A DNA stretch of 64,000 nt from Alphaproteobacteria bacterium (lineage in GTDB: Bacteria; Pseudomonadota; Alphaproteobacteria; UBA828), in assembly GCA_965218275.1 (NCBI GenBank), contig CBDCKM010000002.1:2747438-2811437 (forward strand), read 5' to 3'. The position numbers and the translations under genes were made by a program. The notes below the pieces were generated by a model. The model was not told the DNA's origin and made no database searches. It saw only the letters and a program-made list of their open reading frames with translations. Below are positions 1 to 7,738 of the stretch, piece after piece; positions within the stretch are counted from its first letter, which is position 1, and each line of letters opens with the position of its first letter.

Positions 1-1
1 C

Positions 2-412
2 AAGATGCAGATCGTGCTGATGGGGGGCATCCGCGACGGCATCGACGCGGTGAAGGGCCTCTGCCTGGGGGCGGACGCGGTGGCGATGGGCACTGCCGTC
101 ATCATCGCCGGCGGCTGCATCGCCTGCATGCAGTGCCATGTGGGCCAGTGCGTGACCGGAATCGCGACCCAGGACCCCGAGCACGAGCGGCGCTACAACC
201 CGGTGGCGGAGGCGCGCAACATCCACCGCTATCTGGAGGGCGTGCGCTGGCAGATCGCGGCGCTGACCCAGGCCATGGGCCATGGAAGCACGGCCGCTCT
301 CGGGCGCGACGACCTGGTGGCCGTCACCCGCGACGCGGCCGCGATGACGGGCCTCGCTTACGCGCCGGAGTATCGCGAGCGCGAGCGGGCGCTGCGCAGC
401 AGGATGGGCTGA
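2..412 (+). CDS. C-terminal part of a glutamate-synthase-related FMN/TIM-barrel protein (GltB domain-2 family); 5' end lies outside the window
   Basis: The ORF is open to the window edge. GGIRDGIDAVKGLCLGADAVAMGTAVIIAGGC..CHVGQCVTGIATQDP resembles the conserved C-terminal block of COG0069-type proteins. The stop is 3 nt before the next start. Confidence 0.75.
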   Translation, partial: KMQIVLMGGIRDGIDAVKGLCLGADAVAMGTAVIIAGGCIACMQCHVGQCVTGIATQDPEHERRYNPVAEARNIHRYLEGVRWQIAALTQAMGHGSTAALGRDDLVAVTRDAAAMTGLAYAPEYRERERALRSRMG

Positions 413-415
413 GCG

Positions 416-2947
416 ATGGCCGGCGGCGAGACGACGGGCGGCGGGATGGCGGCGGGCGGGCAGCTTCTGGCGGAGCTTCCCGACGACACCGACGACGCCC
501 ACTTCGTGCCGGCGCCGTGCCAGATCGCCTGCCCGGTGGGGACGGACGCGCCGTCCTATATCGCCTACATCTGGGAGCGGAAGTTCGCGGACGCGTTCGA
601 GGCGATCACGGCGACCAACCCGTTCAGCTCGATCTGCGGGCGGGTGTGCGACGCGCCCTGCGAGCCGGCCTGCCGGCGCACCGATTCCGACGGCCCGGTG
701 CAGATCCGCAACCTCAAGCGCTTCGTCATGGACGAGGTGGGTCACGACCACGACCCGCCGGCGGCGCCGGTGCGGCACGAACAAAGCGTCGCCGTGGTGG
801 GCTCGGGCCCGGCGGGGCTGACCGCGGCGCAGGACCTCTCGGTCGCGGGCTACCCTGTGCATGTCTACGAGATGACGGACCGGCTCGGCGGCATGATGAT
901 CTGGGGCATCCCGGCCTTCCGCCTCCCGCCCGGGATCATCCAGGAGGACATCGACCGCATGATGCGGCGCTGCCCCGGGATGGAGGTTCATCTCGACGCG
1001 GCGCTCGGGCGCGACGTGACGCTGGACGAGCTCAAGCAGCGCCACGACGCGGTGATCCTCGCCATCGGCGCCTGGTGGGGCAAGAAGATGGGCATTCCGG
1101 GCGAGGACCGCGCCAGCGTGATCGACGGCGTGCAGTTCCTGCGCGACGTGAACGAGGGCGCGCGGCCGGAGATGCCGGAGACGGTGGTGGTGGTGGGCGG
1201 CGGGGACGTGGCCATGGACGCCTGCCGCGTCGCGAAGCGGCTGCCGGGCTGCAACCATGTAAAGGTGATCTACCGGCGCGGTCCTGCGGAGATCCCGGCG
1301 CGCAGGATCGAGCTGGAGGGCGCGGTCGAGGAGGGGATCGAGTTCATCTACCACACCCAGCAGACGGCGATCGTGCGCCAAGGCAACGGGCTCGCCGTGC
1401 GCTGCGTGACGACGACGCTGGGCGACCCGGACGAATCGGGCAGGCGGGCGCCGGTCAACGTGCCGGGCACGGAGCATGACATCGCCTGCGGCATGGTCAT
1501 CGCCTCGGTCGGCCAGGAAGGGCTCTGCGACGACCTCGACCGGCGCGGCCTGATGGCGGGCGACCGGGTGCGCACGGCATGGGAGGGCATGGGCACGAGC
1601 GACCCGCAAGTGTTCGCCGCCGGCGACGGGGCCTTCGGCGGCTCCACCATCGTGATGGCGATGAACCACGGCCAGCGGGTGGCGTACTACGTCAAGGCGT
1701 ACCTGGAGGGGCGCGGAGACCCGCTGCCCTACCGCACGCCCTACCGCACGCGGCGGGTTCCGGTGGCGCAGGACCTGGAGTGGGAGCTGCTGCCGGTGCA
1801 GCATCCGGATTTTCTGGGCCTTGGCGAAGACCCGGTGGCGTTCCCGGAGATCGAGACCACCTATGGCTGGGAGGCGGCGCGCAAGGAGGCGGCGCGCTGC
1901 TACCGCTGCGACGCCGAGACCGGCTCCGCCGACTACGCGGTGGACCACCGGGAGGACATCTTCGCGATGGCCCGCACCGGCCCCGCCGACACGGCGCAGC
2001 AGCGGGCGATGCTGGAGAAGCGCCTGGGCGAGCGCGACGACCCCTTCCCGGCGGAACGTCCGGGCATTCTCGACGATCTCGCCTTCCTGCCGGCCAACCT
2101 GTCGCGCCTGGTGATCGACCCCTACCGCGAGGCCTGCCGCATCGGCACCTCGGTGGGCGGCAGCGATCTGGCGCTGCCCCTCATGGTGACCGGCTTCGAC
2201 GATGCGCCGGACGAGGTGCGGGCGGCGGTCGGCAAGGGCATTGCGGAGGCGGATGCGAGCTATCTGGGGCTCAGGCCCATCGCTGGCGGCGCGCGCTGGT
2301 TCCAGCTCGTGCTGCCGGGGCAGATCGCGCCGCGCGCGGACGCGGCGGGACTGGTCCATGCGCTGGGCCACCGCTTCGCCCCGGTGGATACGGCAGGGGC
2401 GGGCGCGGACCAGGTGCTGGGGCTCTCGGTCTCCTCGCCGGCAATACTGGAAGAGGCGATCCCCTATGCGCTCGACGCGGACTTCGGGATGCTGCTGCTG
2501 GACGGCAGCGCCGGCCTCGGCGCGCCCTGGGCGGAGCTGCAGGGCGCGCCCGACCTCACCATCCTGCGCGACGCCGTGGCGATCCTGCGCCGCCTCGACC
2601 GCGAGGAGGAGATCGACCTGGTCTACTTCGGCGGCGTGCGCTCGGGCACCGACGCGGCCAAGGTGATCGCCCTCGGCGCTGTCGCCGTGGTCCTCGGTGT
2701 CGCCGCGGGGCTTGCCGCCGGCGGCGCCATTGCCGGCACCAGCGAGCTCGCCTTCACGGCCGACCGCAGCGGCGAGGACCGGGCGCAGGGCATCGCCAAC
2801 ATCCTCAAGGCCAGCGCCTCCGAAGCCTCGATGATGGCGCGCTGCACCGGCAAGACGAACCTCCAGAACGTCGAGCCCGAAGACCTCCGCGCCCTCACCG
2901 TCGCCACCGCCGACGCCACCGGCATCCCCCTCGCCGGCACGCGGTAG
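416..2947 (+). CDS. GltD-like Fe-S/FAD/NAD(P)H oxidoreductase fused to a C-terminal GltB-like (degenerate FMN TIM-barrel) domain
   Basis: The N-terminus has Cys clusters CQIACPVGTD and RVCDAPCEPACRR, then the Rossmann motifs VAVVGSGPAGLTAAQDL and VVVVGGGDVAMD. The C-terminal ~330 aa (LLLDGSAGLGAPW, YFGGVRSGTDAAKVIALGA) resemble glutamate synthase domain 2. Confidence 0.8.
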   Translation: MAGGETTGGGMAAGGQLLAELPDDTDDAHFVPAPCQIACPVGTDAPSYIAYIWERKFADAFEAITATNPFSSICGRVCDAPCEPACRRTDSDGPVQIRNLKRFVMDEVGHDHDPPAAPVRHEQSVAVVGSGPAGLTAAQDLSVAGYPVHVYEMTDRLGGMMIWGIPAFRLPPGIIQEDIDRMMRRCPGMEVHLDAALGRDVTLDELKQRHDAVILAIGAWWGKKMGIPGEDRASVIDGVQFLRDVNEGARPEMPETVVVVGGGDVAMDACRVAKRLPGCNHVKVIYRRGPAEIPARRIELEGAVEEGIEFIYHTQQTAIVRQGNGLAVRCVTTTLGDPDESGRRAPVNVPGTEHDIACGMVIASVGQEGLCDDLDRRGLMAGDRVRTAWEGMGTSDPQVFAAGDGAFGGSTIVMAMNHGQRVAYYVKAYLEGRGDPLPYRTPYRTRRVPVAQDLEWELLPVQHPDFLGLGEDPVAFPEIETTYGWEAARKEAARCYRCDAETGSADYAVDHREDIFAMARTGPADTAQQRAMLEKRLGERDDPFPAERPGILDDLAFLPANLSRLVIDPYREACRIGTSVGGSDLALPLMVTGFDDAPDEVRAAVGKGIAEADASYLGLRPIAGGARWFQLVLPGQIAPRADAAGLVHALGHRFAPVDTAGAGADQVLGLSVSSPAILEEAIPYALDADFGMLLLDGSAGLGAPWAELQGAPDLTILRDAVAILRRLDREEEIDLVYFGGVRSGTDAAKVIALGAVAVVLGVAAGLAAGGAIAGTSELAFTADRSGEDRAQGIANILKASASEASMMARCTGKTNLQNVEPEDLRALTVATADATGIPLAGTR

Positions 2948-2967
2948 CGGGGAAGGCAGGCAATCCA

Positions 2968-3357
2968 GTGGGCCGAATCGTCGTAGAGACGCAGGTCACC
3001 AACCTGTTCGACGAGGACAAGTCCATTCGCTGTGGGATGCTGGTCGACACCGGAGCGGGCGCGCTGATTCTGCCGGCAGCGTGGAAGGGGCGCTTCGGGG
3101 AGTTCAAGCGGTCCGAGACTGTCTCGCTCCAGCTCGCCAATCAGGACGTTCTCGAAGGGGAAGCCTGCTGGCCGGTTGAGATCGAGATCGAGGGATTCCG
3201 CCCGGTCTCGAACGAGGTCATCTTCGTCGAGATGGAGGCCGGCGACGACGATGGGTACGAGCCGCTACTCGGATACGTCATCCTGGAGCAGGCCCAGGCG
3301 GCGGTGGATCTGGTGGGGCACCGGCTGGTGCCGGTCAGATACATCGACATGAAATAG
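2968..3357 (+). CDS. retropepsin-like (clan AA) aspartic protease, small single-domain protein
   Basis: GTG start 20 nt after the upstream stop. The translation contains MLVDTGAGALILP (DTGA active-site motif) and a C-terminal LLGYVILEQ block typical of bacterial/archaeal clan AA DTG proteases. It sits in the tail of the spurious 1579..3357 ORF. Confidence 0.75.
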   Translation: MGRIVVETQVTNLFDEDKSIRCGMLVDTGAGALILPAAWKGRFGEFKRSETVSLQLANQDVLEGEACWPVEIEIEGFRPVSNEVIFVEMEAGDDDGYEPLLGYVILEQAQAAVDLVGHRLVPVRYIDMK

Positions 3358-3361
3358 GGCC

Positions 3362-4650
3362 ATGCGCGTTCATCTGAACTACGGCCGGGGCCAACGGGCG
3401 GTGGACCTGCCCGACGAACTGGATGTCACCGTGATCGCCAAGCAGGCGATGCCGCTGCTCGCCGACCCGGCGCGGGCCATGGCGGCGGCGCTGGCTGCGC
3501 CGGTGGACTGCCCGCCGCTCGGGGAAGAGGCCGCGCGTGCCGCGAGTGCCTGCATCCTCATCTGCGACATCACGCGCCCGGTGCCCAACGGCGTGATCCT
3601 GCCGCCGCTGATCCGCACCCTGCTCGATGCCGGGATGGAGCCGGACCGGATCGCGGTGCTGGTGGCGACCGGGCTGCACCGGCCCAACAAGGGCGCGGAG
3701 CTTGCCGCCCTGGTCGGCGATCCCTGGGTGCTGGAGACGGTGGACGTCGCCAACCATTTCGCCCGCGCCGACGCCGATCACGTGCTTCTCGGCACGACCC
3801 GGCGCGGCACGGTGGTGCGGCTCGACCGGCGCTTCGTCGACGCCGACCTGCGCATCGCGACCGGCCTGGTGGAGCCGCACTTCATGGCCGGCTGGTCCGG
3901 CGGGCGCAAGGTGATCGCGCCCGGCGTCGCCCATGCCGAGACCATCACCACCTTCCACAGCGCGCGCTTCATGGAGCATCCCAACTGCACCAACTGCGTG
4001 CTGGAGGGCAACCCGCTGCACGAGGAGCAGCTGGAGATCATGGCCATGCTCGGCGCTGCGCGGGCGGTCAACAGCGTCATCGACGACGAGCGCCGCGTCG
4101 CCTTCCTCAACTACGGCGAGGTCGTGGCGAGCCACGCGGCGGCGGCGCGCTTCGCGGCGCGCTACGCCACCGTCGCCGTGGACGAGCGCTTCACACCGTG
4201 CTGACGAGCGCCGCCGGCCATCCGCTGGACGCGACCTATTACCAGACGGTGAAGGGCATGGTCGGGCCGCTGGAGATACTGGCGCCGGGCGGCGACCTCA
4301 TCGTCGCCTCGGCATGTTCCGAGGGCTTCGGCTCGGACCACTTCGCCGACGCCCAGCGCCGCCTCGTGGCGCAGGGTCCGGAGCGCTTCCTCGCCGAGAT
4401 CGGCGGCAAGAGCCACGCCGCCATCGACGAGTGGCAGACGGAAATGCAGCTCCGCCCGATGCGGGCCGGCACGGTCCACCTCTTCACCGAGGGGCTGGCG
4501 CCGGAGGAGCGCGCGCTCACCGGCGTCCGCATGGCCGACTCGCTCGCCGGCGCGGTGGCCGAGAGCGCCGCCTGGCACGGCGACCGGCGAGTCGCGGTGA
4601 TTCCGGAAGGCCCCTACGTGGTGCCCGTCCACCGCCCCGCCGCCGCGTAG
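3362..4650 (+). pseudogene. larA: LarA-family (nickel-pincer cofactor) 2-hydroxyacid racemase/epimerase homolog, frame interrupted near 4190-4204
   Basis: ORF 3362..4204 carries the LarA N-terminal domain (ATGLHRPN, VEPHFMAGWSGGRKV). ORF 4198..4650, in another frame, continues with VLTSAAGHPLDATYYQTVKGM, the expected next conserved block. The two parts overlap by 7 nt. Confidence 0.75.
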
Positions 4651-5106
4651 CGGACCGGCGCTGCCCGCGCCGACCGGCTGTTGCCGGCAAGCAGTCCCGT
4701 GCGCTCTTCACGGCGCATCGACGGCATGGAACCCCGGCCGCACCCGGCCGTCGCTGCGCAGGATCGGGCACCCGACACCCCGCACCATGGTGCGATGCAC
4801 CGCGCCGGGCGCCCGTGCCAGGGTCGCCCCATGCAGCGCGAGAGCACGCACCGCAGTCTCCCGCCGAATTCCGCATTCGGTCAGCCTTCCCCCGTGCGTC
4901 GCAAGGAGAGCGCGAGAGGGGAGGGCGCGAGCGGATCGCGGCGGCCCCGGCCGGAAATGCCCGAGCGGACGGCGCCCGTGTTCCCCGAGCCGGACGGTCC
5001 CTGTGCCGGTGTCGTGCCTGCGCGGACCGGCTTGGCGAACGAAGCACTGCGGAGTACCTTCCCGCCATTCGGCCCGGTACGGCCGATCGACAGTTCGGAG
5101 GAACTC

Positions 5107-6936
5107 ATGGCTTGGCAAGGCAGACTGTTGCGTGTCGACCTCACCGTCGGCACCTGTACGGAGGAGCCGCTCAACATGGCGTGGGCGCAGTCCTACCTGG
5201 GCAGCAGGGGCCTTGCCACCAAGTATCTCGCGGAGGAGATGGACCCGAAGGCGGATCCGCTCTCGCCCGACAACAAGCTGATCTTCGCCACCGGCCCGCT
5301 GACCGGGACCACGGCGCCGACCGGCGGACGCTACACGGTCGTCACCAAGGGGGCGCTGACCAACGCCGTCGCCTGCTCCAACTCGGGCGGCTATTTCGGG
5401 GCTGAGCTGAAGCTCGCTGGCTGGGACATGGTGATCCTGGAGGGCCGCTCGCCGCGCCCGGTCTATCTCTACATCAAGGACGACCACGCCGAACTCATCG
5501 ACGCGGAAGGCTTCGTCTGGGGCAAGTCGGTGTGGGACACCGAGCCGGCGATCAAGGCGCGCCACCAGGACGGCGCCATCAAGATCGCCTCCATCGGCCG
5601 GGCTGGCGAGACCCTCAACCGCTACGCCTGTGTGATGAACGACCTCGACCGCGCCGCGGGACGCTCCGGCGTCGGCGCCGTGATGGGCTCCAAGAACCTG
5701 AAGGCGATCGCCGTGCGCGGCACGCGGGGCGTCGCGGTCGACGATGACGCCGCCTTTGCCAAGGCCTCGGGCGACGCCGCCGCCGCGCTGGCCGCGAGCC
5801 AGACCCGCGCCGACCTCGCGCGCACGGGCACGCTCTCGATGATCGACGTGACCCAGGCCTTCGGCAGCCTGCCGACCCGCAACAACCGGGACGTGCAGTT
5901 CGAGGGCACCGGCAAGCTCGGCCCCGACGCGATGACGGCGGTGCGGCGCTCGGACGGCGCCGCCAACCTGGTCGCCAACCGGGCCTGCTTCGCCTGCACC
6001 ATCGGCTGCCAGCGCGCCTCCAAGATGGACCCCGGCCATTTCGCGATCAGGGACAGGGACCGCTACAGGAAGGTGAGCGGCGGGCTGGAGTACGAATCGG
6101 CCTATTCGCTCGGCCCCATGGTGGGCGTGGACGATATCGAGGCCGCGACCTTCGCCAATTTCGTCTGCAACGAGGACGGGATGGACCCGATCTCCTTCGG
6201 CGCGACCGTCGCGGCCGCGATGGAGCTCTACGAGACCGGCGCCATCGGCGACGCGGAGACCGGCGGCGTCGCCTACAATTTCGGCTCGGCGGAAGCGCTC
6301 TGCCACGCGGCCGAGGAGGCCGGCACGGGCACGGGATTCGGCAAGGACCTGGGGCTCGGCGCCAAGCGGCTCTGCGAGAAGTACGGCCGTCCCGAGTTCG
6401 CCATGGTCTCCAAGGGGCAGGAGTTCCCCGGCTATGACGGCCGCTCGATGCAGGGCATGGGGCTCGCCTACGCCACCAGCAACCGGGGCGCCTGCCACCT
6501 GCGCGCCGACCCCTACGAGGACGATTTCTCCGGCGGCAAGCTGGAGGGCAAGGCGAAGATCGTGAAGGACAGCCAGGATTCGAACGCGGCCATCGATTCC
6601 GTCGGCATCTGCGCCTTCCCCATGATGATCTGGGGGCTCGACGAGGTCGCCAACATGGTCGATGCCGCCTGCGCGGGCGACTGGAGCGTGGACCGGCTGA
6701 ACGAGACCGGCGAGCGCATCTGGAACATGGAGCGCCAGTTCAACCTCGACGCCGGCATGACCGCCGCCGACGACACGCTGCCGCAGCGCATCCTCAAGGA
6801 GACGGTGAAGAGCGGCTCGGGCAAGGGCAAGGTGTGCGAGCTCGACACCATGCTGCCGCAGTATTACGCGCTGCGCGGCTGGAGCGCGGACGGGCGCCCG
6901 ACGGCGGAGACCATGCAGCGCCTCGGACTCGGATGA
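5107..6936 (+). CDS. aldehyde:ferredoxin oxidoreductase family protein (tungsto/molybdopterin AOR)
   Basis: Starts MAWQGRLLRVDLT, the typical AOR N-terminus. It has the ACFACTIGC 4Fe-4S cysteine motif and a DSVGIC block. The ORF-track extension 4681-5106 is low-complexity and was rejected. Confidence 0.9.
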   Translation: MAWQGRLLRVDLTVGTCTEEPLNMAWAQSYLGSRGLATKYLAEEMDPKADPLSPDNKLIFATGPLTGTTAPTGGRYTVVTKGALTNAVACSNSGGYFGAELKLAGWDMVILEGRSPRPVYLYIKDDHAELIDAEGFVWGKSVWDTEPAIKARHQDGAIKIASIGRAGETLNRYACVMNDLDRAAGRSGVGAVMGSKNLKAIAVRGTRGVAVDDDAAFAKASGDAAAALAASQTRADLARTGTLSMIDVTQAFGSLPTRNNRDVQFEGTGKLGPDAMTAVRRSDGAANLVANRACFACTIGCQRASKMDPGHFAIRDRDRYRKVSGGLEYESAYSLGPMVGVDDIEAATFANFVCNEDGMDPISFGATVAAAMELYETGAIGDAETGGVAYNFGSAEALCHAAEEAGTGTGFGKDLGLGAKRLCEKYGRPEFAMVSKGQEFPGYDGRSMQGMGLAYATSNRGACHLRADPYEDDFSGGKLEGKAKIVKDSQDSNAAIDSVGICAFPMMIWGLDEVANMVDAACAGDWSVDRLNETGERIWNMERQFNLDAGMTAADDTLPQRILKETVKSGSGKGKVCELDTMLPQYYALRGWSADGRPTAETMQRLGLG

Positions 6937-7193
6937 AGGTGACGGTGGAGCTCGTCGCCATCGAGCTCCCCCAGTTCAGCGGCGCCAGAAGCCGCGCCCT
7001 CGATCTCGCGCCCGGCGCGACCATGCTCGACGCGCTGTCGGCGCTCAAGGTGGACGGCGACCCGGCGATGCTCGCCATGATGAACGGCGAAGCTGTGCCC
7101 CGCGATCAGTGGACCGAGACGCCGCTCTCGCCCAACGACACGATCAGCCTGTTTCGGCCCTTCAAGGGGGGGCTGAGGTCCCACGCTCCCTGA
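6933..7193 (+). CDS. MoaD/ThiS-family beta-grasp (ubiquitin-like sulfur-carrier-like) protein with a 6-aa tail after Gly-Gly
   Basis: The ATG overlaps the AOR stop (ATGA). The 86-aa protein ends ..NDTISLFRPFKGG-LRSHAP, and its size and pattern fit MoaD/ThiS. Confidence 0.65.
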   Translation: MKVTVELVAIELPQFSGARSRALDLAPGATMLDALSALKVDGDPAMLAMMNGEAVPRDQWTETPLSPNDTISLFRPFKGGLRSHAP

Positions 7194-7239
7194 GTTTTGT
7201 CAGCCGGGGTTTCTCAGCCAGTTCATAAGGTTGGAGCGG

Positions 7240-7725
7240 TCAGTTTCCGGTGGTGTTGAGGTCGCGCACCGCCTCCAGCACGTTGTCGACATGGCCCGGA
7301 ACCTTGACCCGGCGCCACACCTTGCTGACGCTTCCCTCCGGGTCGATCAGGAAGGTCGCGCGCTCGATGCCCATGTAGGTCTTGCCGTAGTTCTTCTTCT
7401 CCACCCAGACGCCGTAGCGCTCGCAGATGTCGCCGTCTGCGTCGGAGACGAGGGTGAAGGGGAGGGCGTATTTCGCCCTGAAGCTCTCGTGCCTGGCGGC
7501 GCTGTCCTTGGAGACGCCGACGATCTCCGCGCCCGCGTCAGCGAACGCGGGCAAGGCTTGCGTGAACTCCTGCGCCTCCCGCGTGCAGCCCGGCGTGTCG
7601 TCGCGCGGGTAGAAGTAGAGCACCACGGCGCGGCCGCGCAGGCTTTCGAGGCTCAGCGAGCCGCCGTCGTCGGTGGGCGCCGTGAAGGCCGGTGCCGGGC
7701 TGCCGGCGTCGATCGCCGTCGTCAT
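7240..7725 (-). CDS. bcp: thioredoxin-dependent thiol peroxidase (peroxiredoxin Bcp)
   Basis: YFYPRDDTPGCTREA contains the peroxiredoxin PxxxTxxC motif. The protein is 161 aa and a good SD (GAGAGGAG) lies upstream. Confidence 0.9.
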   Translation of the reverse strand: MTTAIDAGSPAPAFTAPTDDGGSLSLESLRGRAVVLYFYPRDDTPGCTREAQEFTQALPAFADAGAEIVGVSKDSAARHESFRAKYALPFTLVSDADGDICERYGVWVEKKNYGKTYMGIERATFLIDPEGSVSKVWRRVKVPGHVDNVLEAVRDLNTTGN

Positions 7726-7738
7726 CTGCGTTCTCCTC

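Noticed and set aside
4681-5106. 142-codon N-terminal extension of the AOR ORF
   Set aside because: AOR homologs start at M..G..LRVDL, which is found at 5107. The extension is Pro/Arg/Ala-rich with no motif. The region is treated as a non-coding leader instead.
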